Assembly (NCBI RefSeq): GCF_006345805.1 | Contig: NW_021834050.1 | Span: 1 to 27,011, forward strand | Direction: 5' to 3' | DNA: 27,011 bases | Source: Octopus sinensis | Taxonomy: Eukaryota | In this document: one piece after another, positions 1 to 9,678 of the stretch | Numbering within the stretch: position 1 is the stretch's first letter | Layout: each line of letters opens with the position of its first letter | Made by a program: the position numbers and the translations under genes | The notes under the pieces: model-generated | The model's database searches: none | What the model saw: the letters and a program-made list of their open reading frames with translations, nothing else | Told to the model about the DNA's origin: nothing

Positions 1-303
1 CGAAAGGATGAAATTCAAAGTCGACCTCGGCGGAATTTGAACTCAGAACGTAGCGGCAGACGAAATACCTATTTCTTTACTACCCACAAGGGGCTAAACA
101 TAGAGGGGACAAACAAGGACAGACAAATGGATTAAGTCGATTACATCTACCCCAGTGCGTAACTGGTCCTTAATTTATCGATCCCGAAAGAGTGAAAGGC
201 AAAGTCGACCTCGGCGGAATTTGAACTCAGAACGTAACGGCAGACGAAATACGGCTACGCATTACGCCCGGCGGCACGCTAACGTTTCTGCCAGCTCGCC
301 GCC
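1..303 (-). mobile_element. tRNA-derived SINE 'family A', tandem array (one full unit plus a partial unit running off the window start)
   Basis: The reverse complement reads GGCGGCGAGCTGGCAGAAACGTTAG...GAGTTCAAATTCCG (A/B-box-like head), then GCCTTTCAyyCTTTCGGGrTCGATAAATTAAG body, then tail ...GCCCCTTGTGGGTAGTAAAGAAATA, joined directly to GGTATTTCGTC of the next unit (period 184 bp). The same sequence recurs at 3942, 14757 and 17835. Confidence 0.9.
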
Positions 304-304
304 A

Positions 305-560
305 ATGACAGAACTCTCTTCAGCGCCCTCGTTACCTGTATTCCGTGCCCTCTATGGGAAGTACTCTCATGCATAGCTTCATTTATAAACGCTCATTAAA
401 TCTGGTCCATCCGCTCATTAAATATATTGGTATCTTCAGAAAATGTTATTTCTGGTCTTCTACTCTTTCATCTTCACCGTCCTCTTCCTATGACTTACTG
501 TCTCCTCAGCTGTCTCGTGCATCTCACTGCCTTCTCATTAGAATATTCTGATATCTGATA
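305..560 (-). mobile_element. possible highly decayed RTE-type LINE 3' fragment
   Basis: A minus-strand reading gives a broken IGRGR*R*KSRRPEITF, reminiscent of the 'EGKRGRGRPRIT' C-terminus of RTE ORFs. Many stops; weak. Confidence 0.25.
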
Positions 561-885
561 AACGAATGCTTTTAAGTACACATCGTACAAATATCAAATC
601 ATTTCAGGGAACGGAAATAAACTTACATATCAATATCATACGGTAGGTTGAAGCCGTTCAATTACTTTTACGTGTTCATTAGCGTTTGGTTTCGTTTTAT
701 GTACCTAAGGCCCAGAGAAAGTAAAGTTATTTCTAAAGCAAATACGAAAAAGAGAAAAACATCTCTTTTTTTTTTTTATAAAATGTCACCGGATGTTAAT
801 GCGAAAAGTGAACACGCATAAATGTGCATTTCTGAGGTCGTAGCAAGGTATGTATTTGTGCGCTGTGTATGTATGCATATGGATT

Positions 886-896
886 TAATATATATA

Positions 897-967
<71 letters not shown>

Positions 968-1400
968 ATTGTATGCATGGGAGAGGGGGAAAGTGATAGA
1001 TAAAGAGTGAGACGAAATGTAGTACAATGTTTTGAGGCATAATTTTGTGAATGAGTATATATATTATAAACAAACATGCACATGCATATATATATATATA
1101 TATATATGTATACGTGTATATATATATATATATATATGTATATACGTGTATATATATATGTATATACATATAAATATACACACACATATGTATATATATA
1201 TGTATACGTTTTTATAACGTATGTACATATATATTTATATATATATATGTACACACACACATGTAAATGTGTGTGTAATTTTTCAATGTGTACAAAGGAA
1301 GAGATAAATATGATTTGACAAACACGTGCGTTTGACTCCATTTCTCAATTTATCCTTATATATATATATATATAATATATATATATATAATATATATATA
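886..1400. repeat. compound (TA)n/(TG)n/(CA)n microsatellite region
   Basis: Direct inspection; explains the YIYI/HTHT ORFs. Confidence 0.95.
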
Positions 1401-1756
1401 TGGGTGTTGTGTCTATGTATATATAAAAGTAGTTTTAGAGACACAACCACCTTCAACTCAATCAACACTGAAAGATTTTTTACCCGAGCACTCCATAAAA
1501 TGTTAAATATTAAATCTTATACTAACTATATCTTTTCTGAATCCCGTTTTTTCCGTTTGTAAGACTACGCGCGTTTCATGTAGGTGGTTCTGTCTTTGAA
1601 ACTACATTTATATATACGAATTAAACATTGAGGGATGCTCATTTTAGTGCATCTAATTTGAATGTTACATCCTTAACATTATTTACCTTGAAAAGCTTGT
1701 GGAGTGTATGCAAACCAGTCGAAAAAATAGTGTGCATATATATATATATATATATA

Positions 1757-1967
1757 TTTACTCTTACTCTTACTCTTACTTGTTTCAGTCATTTGACTGC
1801 GGCCATGCTGGAGCACCGCCTTTAGTCGAGCAAATCGACGCCAAGACTTATTCTTGTGTAAGCCAGTACTTATTCTATCGTCTCTTTTGCCGAACCGCTA
1901 AGTGACGGGACGTAAACACACCAGCATCGGTTGTTAAAGCAATGCTAGAGGGACAAACATATAAACC

Positions 1968-2011
<44 letters not shown>

Positions 2012-2212
2012 TATATATATATTATATATTATATATACACACATATATACGACAGGCTTATTTCAGTTTCCGTTACCCAAATCCACTCACAACGCTTTGG
2101 TCGGCCCGAGGCTATAGCAGAAGACACTTGCCCAAGATGCCACGCAGTGGGACTGAACCCGGAACCATGTGGCTTGTTAGCAAGCTACTTACCACACAGC
2201 CACTCCTGAGCC

Positions 2213-2213
<1 letters not shown>
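1757..2213 (-). mobile_element. tRNA-derived SINE 'family B' (CORE-like segment, internal microsatellite)
   Basis: Minus strand: AGG.TCAGGAGTGGCTGTGTGGTAAG...GGTTCAGTCCC head, CATCTTGGGCAAGTGTCTT segment, internal (TA)n, tail GGCGGTGCTCCAGCATGGCCGCAGTCAAATGACTGAAACAAG(TAAGAG)n. Near-identical to 22455-22877 and 6384-6799. Confidence 0.92.
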
Positions 2214-2272
<59 letters not shown>

Positions 2273-2273
2273 C

Positions 2274-2315
<42 letters not shown>

Positions 2316-2430
2316 CATACATATATATATATTATATATATATATATATATTATATATATATATAATATATATAATATACAATATATATATACATATATA
2401 TATATACATATATATATATTACACACACAC
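2214..2430. repeat. (TA)n microsatellite ending in (CA)n
   Basis: Direct inspection. Confidence 0.95.
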
Positions 2431-2986
2431 TATTTTTTCGAATGGTTTTCCACAAGCTTTTCAAGGTGCATAATGTTAACGATGTCTCATACTCTTGCGT
2501 AAAGAAAATCAATACTAATATTGTAATCCACAACCAATGATATGCATCTGCACAGACCCCATCCCTACGAACATTTTTCAGTTTTCCATGTCACGCTACT
2601 TCTTTACTATTTTCCTTCTATAATGTTTACTGATTTCTTTTTATAGCCCCTTGATTAGGAAGCCGAGAAAATAAACACATAACGCTCTCAATACAATGTG
2701 TAGCCTTGTCTATAAATCCTTCTACACCTCAGTTTTGCATTTTCAGAAATGCAAACCCTGTATGTCTGAAAAACTACATATATTTGAGTCCGCCGTGTCC
2801 CCAACAAAATATGAATAAATTCAGTCATGTATTTGATCTACTAGACATTAAGTGAGCAATCACACACTACAATGACGTTGTGCAATAAATATTCTTTTAC
2901 AAAGAAGGTTTAACTGTTATTTCTAACGTTCATCATGGACCAAATTCTTTCAATTGTAAATCATTGTCGTCTTAGATATTAAGAAA

Positions 2987-3375
2987 TCTCTATATATAAA
3001 GCTGAAGTTGTCTGTGTATGGCAGGTTTGGAAGCCCTCAACTAACACTATCTCCCCCAAGACCCTGCGGTGCAAGTTGACCAAAATTGAGAGTATGATAG
3101 AAGAAGACTTGCTCTTCCTTCCGTAGAAGAAAAAATTCAAATCGGACCACATTAACACCAAAAATTATTTACATAAAAAGGTGCTTTTTTTCTATGAAAA
3201 TCCCTTGTTTTACGATTTTTTTTACTGCTGTATCGCCATTTTTTGGTGTATTTCAACCAGAAAAATGTTCACTTAAAGAAAACAACAAGCTACATAATGC
3301 AAAATTTTTACTTTTCGAAAATTCCAATTCTAAAGGGCCAAAACAAACCCGAGCAACACCGGGCTATACTGCTAG
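2987..3375 (+). mobile_element. non-autonomous Helitron
   Basis: Starts A|TCTCTATATATAAAGCTG and ends CCCGAGCAACACCGGG (imperfect hairpin) CTATACTGCTAG|T: 5' TC, 3' CTAG, A/T insertion site, no TSD. Termini are shared with 16883-17280. Confidence 0.8.
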
Positions 3376-3941
3376 TTATGGTTAAATTTCAGTTGAGTTT
3401 ATATATTTTCTGGTTTATAAAGCAGAGCAATTAGTTGTCAAGTTATGTGGGAATGCGAAGTATAAAAGTTAATAGATATTTCGAGTGAGTGAAAATATTA
3501 ATTGAACTAATAACAAATGAAATTTAAATGTTTGAATACATGAAGATGTGAGGAAGGAGGTGATTAAGCCGTACAAGAAGAAGACGGTAGTGAAGAAGAA
3601 GAAAGAAAGAAGGAAGAAGAAAGGAGTAAGATAAGGAGCGAATGAATTTGCAGAAAGAGTAGATGATGAAAAGGGACGAAGAATGAAAAAGATGACGAGA
3701 AGGAGAAGACCGAGGGAAACTATGAAGAATAGCTCGAACAAATATTAGCAAATATCAGACAAATGAATATTAGTTTGGTAAAATATTAATTAAACACTTA
3801 AGAATCTCCATTGAAAATACAACGCGTGTTTGGATTAACGTTGCTCATGGTCCTCTTAAAGTGACAAATAATTCTAAAGAATGCTGACACAAATAAGTAA
3901 GCATATCTCTGTTTTGCACAGAAATTTAGAATTATTTAAAA

Positions 3942-4128
3942 GGACAAAGCGCTTGGCAGCATTTTGCTCGTATTTTCGTTGCGAGTTCAAATTCCGCCGA
4001 GGTCGAATTTGCCTTTCATCCTTTTGGGGTCGATAAATTAAGTACCAGTTACGCACTGGGGTCGATATAACTGCCTGTCCTTGTTTGTCCTCTCTGTGTT
4101 TAGCCCCTTGTGGGTAGTAAAGAAATAG
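3942..4128 (+). mobile_element. SINE A copy with a diverged head and a well-conserved body/tail
   Basis: GAGTTCAAATTCCGCCGAGGTCG...GGGGTCGATAAATTAAGTACCAG...GCCCCTTGTGGGTAGTAAAGAAATA. Confidence 0.88.
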
Positions 4129-4186
4129 ATATAATAAGTAATAACTGAACACTGTAATTGAATTGCCCATCTCTTATAAAAAATAT

Positions 4187-4218
4187 AAATCGGCACGAAC
4201 TTTCCGGACAACCCAGTA
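4187..4218 (-). mobile_element. solo mariner terminal inverted repeat
   Basis: AAATCGGCACGAACTTTCCGGACAACCCAG+TA is the reverse complement of the left TIR of the mariner at 8276 (one mismatch), followed by TA. Confidence 0.85.
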
Positions 4219-4657
4219 CAATCATAGATTAATGTATGTGTGTGTTCGCCATTGTTTTTCTTATTTTATTTACTGTCACTCATTTAAGCTGTCGACCATT
4301 AACTGATGTAGCACTCAATAAATTTCAAAACATAAGACTTACTTTTACAAGCAAAATGTTGCCTGTAATTTCGAATTTTCACATTGGTCTACGTTGTCAC
4401 ATTGTAAAGGTCTGAGACTTGTTTTTGTTTTTGTCTGTTGTATATCTGGCGAATATTTTGGTTGATTATAATCTGTGCAGTGCAAGTAAGTGTGGGTGTA
4501 TTTGGAAGAAGTGATACATGAAATAAATGGAATTTTAACTGGGAAATAAAGAAATAAAGAAAAGTGTTAGTAAATATTTTGGAGTGGATAAAAAGAAAAC
4601 AAATGTTAATTGAACTAAATGGAAATTTTGGATATTTAAATAAGCAGGACGAGTGGG

Positions 4658-4776
4658 CAGAAGAAGAAGAAGAAGAAGAAGAAGAAGAAGAAGAAGAAGA
4701 AGAAGAAAGAGAAGAAGAAGAAGAAAGAGAAGAAGAGGAAGGAAAAGAAAGGAAGAGAGAAGGAGAAGAGAGGAAA

Positions 4777-4808
<32 letters not shown>

Positions 4809-5008
4809 AGATGAAGGAGAAGGGGAAGAAGACGGAGAAGGAGAAGAAGGAGAAGAAGAAGGAAACGAAGAAAGAAAAAAAGAAGAAGCAGAAGAAGAAG
4901 AAGAAGAAGAAGAAGAAGAAGGAAAGGAAAGAGAAGAAGATATTGAAGAAGAAGAAAGAAATTGAAGAAGAAGAAAGAAATTGAAGAAGAAGAAGAGAAA
5001 AAGAAGAC
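4658..5008. repeat. imperfect (GAA)n homopurine tract
   Basis: About 350 nt almost entirely G/A; produces the poly-E, poly-S and poly-L ORFs. Confidence 0.95.
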
Positions 5009-5302
5009 GGTGCAATGAAGTATTAAGACTTGAATTAACAAACATCAGCCATCGGACAAATGAATAATACCAATTTAGTAAAACATTAAATTTTGTATGC
5101 TTTTAATTCCAATGAAGTAGGATTTAGTTTTCATTCTATCTAAACAACTCAGAATGCATAATATTAGAGATTTATAGTTCTTAATATAATTCTTCTACGG
5201 AGGCGTGATCTTTAAATGTCAAACCTGAAAATTATGCATCTACGAAACGAGCTATGAGCTATGAACTAGGTGCTGTTTATCGCTAAAGCAACTGATGTGA
5301 CT

Positions 5303-5303
5303 A

Positions 5304-5358
<55 letters not shown>

Positions 5359-5425
5359 ACATACATACATACATACATACATACATACATACATGCGTAC
5401 ACACACATACAGATATATATATATC
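5303..5425. repeat. (CTAT)n-(ATAC)n-(CA)n-(TA)n compound microsatellite
   Basis: Direct inspection. Confidence 0.95.
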
Positions 5426-5479
5426 TTTTTTACCGTTTTCCTGTTTCAGCCATTAGACCGTGGCCATGATGGAGCACAT

Positions 5480-5681
5480 TTTTTCTCTCAAATTTTTTCT
5501 CTCTTTTTTCTCTCCTTTTTCTCTCCTTGTTTCTCTCCTTGTTTTTTTCTGTGTCCCTTTCTGTAGAAGAGCTTAGGTTCGAAACGTAAAAGTCTTTTTC
5601 TATTCCTGAGCGTTATACTAATACATCTGTTTGTTTTGTATACCACCTGTCTTCGTCTCTTGTTTTTTTCGTAAACTCTCC
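5480..5681 (+). mobile_element. probable Penelope-like pseudo-LTR fragment with a degenerate minimal hammerhead-like motif, ending in (TA)n
   Basis: CTTT-CTGTAGAAGA-GCTTAGGTTC-GAAA-CGTA-AAAG resembles a type I minimal hammerhead layout, but the core is non-canonical. Pyrimidine-rich flanks. Confidence 0.45.
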
Positions 5682-5710
5682 TATATATATATATATATAT
5701 ATATATAAAT

Positions 5711-5828
5711 ATCACGTGATCACGTGACCGACCAGACCATCAGATATTGCTACATATCGCTGGTCACAATGCGTTCGCATTGTTTTAGCCTTCGAATGAC
5801 GCCGCCCCGCTGGCTAAGCGAGCAGGCC

Positions 5829-5829
<1 letters not shown>
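5711..5829. mobile_element. interspersed-repeat fragment (probably a SINE 3' part) embedded in (TA)n
   Basis: GC-rich island between two (TA)n runs, containing the palindromic ATCACGTGATCACGTGA and the hairpin ACAATGCG-TT-CGCATTGT. Confidence 0.45.
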
Positions 5830-5874
<45 letters not shown>

Positions 5875-6013
5875 ATGCCAATTGAAAGACAGAATATGGA
5901 ATATACGTGAATTATTAAACACGACAGTTGTTTCGACACTTCTGGCAACGATCCCTCGCGGGTAGGACACTTAACGACTGGTTCAGGAACATCCGGTGGT
6001 GCAGATGTTTTTC

Positions 6014-6108
6014 ATATATACATACATATGAATGCATGTATGTATGTATGTATGTATGTATGTATGTATGTATGTATGTATGTATGTATGTATGTATGTA
6101 TGTATGTA
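6014..6108. repeat. (ATGT)n microsatellite
   Basis: Direct inspection. Confidence 0.95.
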
Positions 6109-6274
6109 TTCAAGTAAAATCAAATTACTTTCAACCAGAGCGTAGGTTAACACTGAGGACCCGACATTTAAACTTACTTGTCTGTCGTGGGGGTGAAAAT
6201 TGATATTATGTCAGTTGTAGAATCCCAAATGACCATTTAAATGAATAGGGAAAAGTCAACCAATGAAGTTTAGT

Positions 6275-6900
6275 AATAATTCTTTTTACTATAGGTACAA
6301 GGACTGAGAATTTGGGGAAATGGGCAAGCATCAACCCTGGTACTCAACTAGTACATATTTTTTTTATACCGAGGGGGTATAAAAGGAGTGGCTGTGTGGT
6401 AAGTAGCTTGCTAACCAACCACATGGTTCCGGGTTCAGTCCCACTGCGTGCCATCTTGGGCAAGTGTCTTCTACTATAGCCTCGGGCCGACCAAAGCCTT
6501 GTGAGTGAATTTGGTAGACGGAAACTGAAAGAAGCCCGTCGTATATATGTATATATATATATGTGTGTGTATGTGTGTGTGTTTGTGTGTCTGTGTTCGT
6601 CCTCCTAGCATTGCCTGACAACCGATGCTGGTGTGTTTATGTCCCCGTCACTTAGCAGTTCGGCAAAAGAGACCGATAAAATAAGTACTGGGCTTACAAA
6701 GAATAAGTCCCGGGGTCGAGTTGCTCGACTAAAGGTGGTGCTCCAGCATAGCTACAGTCAAATGACTGAAACAAGTAAAAGAGAAAAGAGAGAAAAAGAG
6801 GGGGATGAAAGATGAATTTGAACTCAAAACATAAAGACGGACGAAATCGCCGCTTAGTATTTTGTTCAGCGTGCTGACGATTCCGCCATCTTAACGCCTT
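6275..6900 (-). mobile_element. old SINE A-related copy (different tail) split by the SINE B insertion
   Basis: Tail/body at 6275-6383 (CCCTGGTACTCAACTAGTAC) and head at 6800-6900 (GAATTTGAACTCAAAACATAAAGACGGACGAAAT). GAGGGGG.AT.AAA occurs on both sides of the insert. Confidence 0.65.
6384..6799 (+). mobile_element. SINE B
   Basis: Full head, internal (TA)/(TG) repeat, conserved tail ...CAGTCAAATGACTGAAACAAGTAAAAGAG. Confidence 0.92.
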
Positions 6901-6914
6901 ATTGAAAGCAATAA

Positions 6915-7035
6915 TTATTAGACTCAGATTTTGGCACGGGGCAGCAATTTCAGGGTATAGGGCAGGTCGATTATATTGACCTCAGTGTGCAGCTGGTACT
7001 TACTTTATCGATCCCAAGTGATGAAAGGTAAAGCC
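6915..7035 (-). mobile_element. old SINE A-related 3' fragment
   Basis: GTCGATTATATTGACCTCAGTG...CTGGTACTTACTTTATCGATCCC...ATGAAAGGTAAAG matches the family A body in reverse. Confidence 0.7.
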
Positions 7036-7037
7036 TA

Positions 7038-7345
7038 GTGGATACACATGGCCTCGGTATTAGAGCAGCGGACTCACGATCGAGGGATCGCGGGTTCGAA
7101 TCTCAGACCGGGTGATGTGTGTGTTTATGAGCGAAACACCTCAACTTCACGCGACTCCGGCAGAAGGTAATGGCGAACTTCTGCTGACTCTTTCGCCACA
7201 ACTTTCTCTCACTTTTCCTCCTGCATCTTGCAGCTCATCTGCAATGGACCGGCGTCCCGTCCGGGTTGGGAAACTATACGCCAAGGAAACCGGGAAACTG
7301 GCCCTTATGAGCCAGGCGTGGCTCGAGAAGGAACAAACAACAAAC
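7038..7345 (+). mobile_element. SINE with a family C-type tRNA head but a different (V-domain-like) 3' half
   Basis: Head ...AGAGCAGCGGACTCACGATCG...GGTTCGAATCTCAGACCGGG and body through CACAACTTTCTCTCACT are shared with 13551; then CTGCAATGGACCGGCGTCCCGTCCGGG...GAAACCGGGAAACTGGCCC and a (CAAA)n tail. Confidence 0.8.
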
Positions 7346-8275
7346 AGGAGGAGAGATTGCAACATATCCACATTGCACTGACTCCATAAGATTAAACACC
7401 ATATTTTAATGTGTGTAGAATGATCTTGGGTTAAACGTTGATACGACAGAGATTGATTCTGTGCGGTACATTGATTCGGTCATCTCGGTAGCTGCAAGCC
7501 AGAAGATTGCCCACTCTACATTCACACATTCATATGAGAAAACACTATCGAAAAATATTCTCGGTGTCATATAGGAAAAAAAAGCAAAGTCTATATATTT
7601 GCAATTTGAACTCAGAACATAAAGATGAACAAAACGCCGCCAAGCATTTTGCCCAGCTTTCTTACAGAAATGCTTTAAACATTAAAATGAATTCTCTGAA
7701 TATGAGACAGAGACTGAATTCATAAAATATATTAATGCATACAAAACCAACATAGAAGATTCATATGAAATTAATAACTATGAGAATCGTAAACAATACA
7801 GCCAGAAAATTTCATTTACATAGACCAATATCACAGTTTACTATCTTTTTGTCACTGAATAATTCTTGATAATCACATGGATGATAAGGAAATTTCGTAA
7901 TTTCTATTTGAAGAAATATTTTCGAATTCTTCTGAAGATTTTCCGATAATTTGCTGTCGTCATTCAGAAGTTACGCCGAAACGTCATATTATCTTGCAGA
8001 TATGCAGTTATATGTTTTCTAAGACATTTCAGTATCATCCAATTAGATTTTGATTCGACAAGCTTTTTTTTCTGGGTGACATTTTCATCCTCACTGACGA
8101 AGGATTTTACAAACTAGGAAAGTAAAAACAAAGGGAAATAAATTTACACGGTTATTTTCTGCCAAGGATGAATACTAAACAAGAAACAGCATTCGCTGTC
8201 CTTACACATTAAATTCTGACAAGGGTGAGAGCTAACTTTTATAAAGCCTCTCTTATGTTGCAACGGAAAGAAATA

Positions 8276-8840
8276 TTGGGTTGTCCGGAAAGTTCGTGCC
8301 GATTTATAGTAGCTTACCTTTCTACTTATTTTAGAATATGGTTGAGTCCATAGAATAGGATTTGACTACATCTCCGTTTAGAGCACAGTTTAAGCTATCT
8401 TTTCGTGGAAGAAGGTTTATGTTCCAATAACCTGTGTTAATTCTGTAACCCTTTAAAATGGAAGATAAGAAAGTTCATTTTCGGCACTTGATGCTTTGGG
8501 AACCAGACAAAAATTTGCTGCAGCTCGGCTGGGATGTGTTACCACACCCTCCATGTTTACCAGATATTGCTCCTTCGGATTTCCACTTATTCAGGTCTCT
8601 ACAGAATAGTCCGAATGGTAAAAATTTCAATTCTTTGGATGACGTTAAAAGATACCTTAATGAATTCTTTGCCATGAAACCACCTCAATTCTGGAAAGAG
8701 GGTATTTTCAAGTTAAAGGAAAGTTAGAGACGCACTGTGCAACAAAATAGTTCATATTTGGTTGTTTAAAAATGTAATGGCAAATATCTATTGACCTTTT
8801 TCTTTCCTTTAAAATCGGCACGAACTTTCCGACAACCCAA
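8276..8840 (+). mobile_element. internally deleted mariner transposon (mellifera-subfamily-like), TA target duplication
   Basis: TIRs TTGGGTTGTCCGGAAAGTTCGTGCCGATTT / AAATCGGCACGAACTTTCC-GACAACCCAA, with TA at 8274-8275 and 8841-8842. Confidence 0.95.
8458..8727 (+). pseudogene. mariner transposase remnant: N-terminal ~15 aa fused in frame to the C-terminal part
   Basis: MEDKKVHFRHLMLWE (mariner N-terminus) joined to LLQLGWDVLPHPPCLPDIAPSDFHLFRSLQN (the HPPYSPDLAPSD motif carrying the third catalytic D); premature stop near the end. Confidence 0.92.
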
Positions 8841-8867
8841 TAGTTAACTATATCACAATTAATTGTA

Positions 8868-9265
8868 AGGCGGTGGGCTTCCAGGTTCGGTAGCATGTCG
8901 GACAAAATGCTTAGCAGCATTTTCTCCGTTTTTAGGTTCAGGTCTAAATTCCGCCGAGGTTATCTTTGATTTTCCTCCTTTCTGGGTGGATAAAGTAAAT
9001 ACCAGTCAATGTAATTGATTTCCCTCCTCCCTCGAAATTTCTGCCTCTCTGCAAAAATTTGAAAGCAACGTTACTGATCCTTGCAAGGCAGCCATCTGAC
9101 AAATTTGTTTATCACAACGATATTTCATCCGTCTTCACGATCTGAGTTTAAAAGCCGGCGGCGTTGACTTTGTCTTCCATTCTTTCGGAATCGATAAAGC
9201 AAGGACCAGTTGAATATTGAGATCGATGTAATCATGGCGTTGTGCCAAATTTGGAAACCAATATT
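8868..9265 (+). mobile_element. two old SINE A-related copies (8868-9070 and 9120-9265)
   Basis: AGGCGGTGGGCTT...AAATTCCGCCGAGGTT...GATAAAGTAAATACCAG and TATTTCATCCGTC...GTTGACTTTGTCTTCCATTCTTTCGGAATCGATAAA; tails ..AAATTTG(G)AAA(G/C)CAA differ from the young tail. Confidence 0.7.
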
Positions 9266-9274
9266 ACTAGTAAT

Positions 9275-9678
9275 GGATGGGATGGAAGCACTCCATCGGT
9301 TACGACGACGAGGGTTCCGGTTGATCCGATCAACGGAACAGCCTGCTCGTGAAATTAACGTGTAAGTGGCTGAGCACTCCACAGACACGTGTACCCTTAA
9401 CGTAGTTCTCGGGGATATTCAGCGTGACACAGAGAGTGACACAGAGAGTGACGAGGCCGGCCCTTTGAAATACAGGTACAACAGAAACAGGAAGTAAGAG
9501 TGAGAGAAAGTTGTGGTGAAAGAGTACAGCAGGGATCACCACCATCCCTTGCCGGAGCCGCGTGGAGCTTTAGGTGTTTTCGCTCAATAAACACTCACAA
9601 CGCCCGGTCTGGGAATCGAAACCGCGATCCTACGATCGCAAGTCCGCTGCTCTAACCACTGGGCCTTTGCGCCTCCAC
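9275..9678 (-). mobile_element. tRNA-derived SINE 'family C', full length with TSD
   Basis: Reverse complement GTGGAGGCGCAAAGGCCCAGTGGTTAGAGC...GGTTTCGATTCCC; TSD TATTACTAGTAAT (9262-9274) / TATTACAAGTAAT (9679-9691); short CCAT-type tail. Confidence 0.93.

Larger units (their letters stand above)
1667..2485. repeat. ~60-68 bp inverted repeat (1667-1734 / 2426-2485) enclosing (TA)n tracts and a SINE B copy
   Basis: ACATCCTTAACATTATTTACCTTGAAAAGCTTGTGGA..AAACCAGTCGAAAAAATAGTGTG versus the reverse complement of the right arm ACATCGTTAACATTATGCACCTTGAAAAGCTTGTGGAAAACCATTCGAAAAAATAGTGTG. Confidence 0.85.
3390..5185 (+). repeat. old diverged local duplication (~3390-3930 versus ~4450-5185), each copy with a purine-rich GAA tract
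   Basis: Shared collinear blocks: CAAGT(T/A)A.TGTGGG; AAAT(A/G)TTAATTGAACTAA; ATC(A/G)GACAAATGAATA; TTT(G/A)GTAAAA(T/C)ATTAA; AGAATGC. Boundaries are approximate. Confidence 0.65.

Noticed and set aside
776-2533. Numerous ORFs rich in YI/HT/CV
   Set aside because: They are translations of (TA)n/(CA)n microsatellites; the same applies to 15568-15881, 20402-20633, 23173-23642 and 25494-25952.
4389-5045. Poly-E, poly-S and poly-L ORFs
   Set aside because: All arise from the (GAA)n tract, which lacks stops in several frames; the paralogous copy has stops and there is no splice or domain evidence.
7931-7990. CTGAAGA...GAAACGTCA hammerhead-like motif
   Set aside because: Stem I does not pair and stem II is not closed next to the core; it may be a fossil but is unsupported.
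9330-9594. Similar ORFs at 9330, 13684 and 21005 suggesting a gene family
   Set aside because: They are incidental frames within SINE C copies; similar recurring frames occur in SINE A and B.
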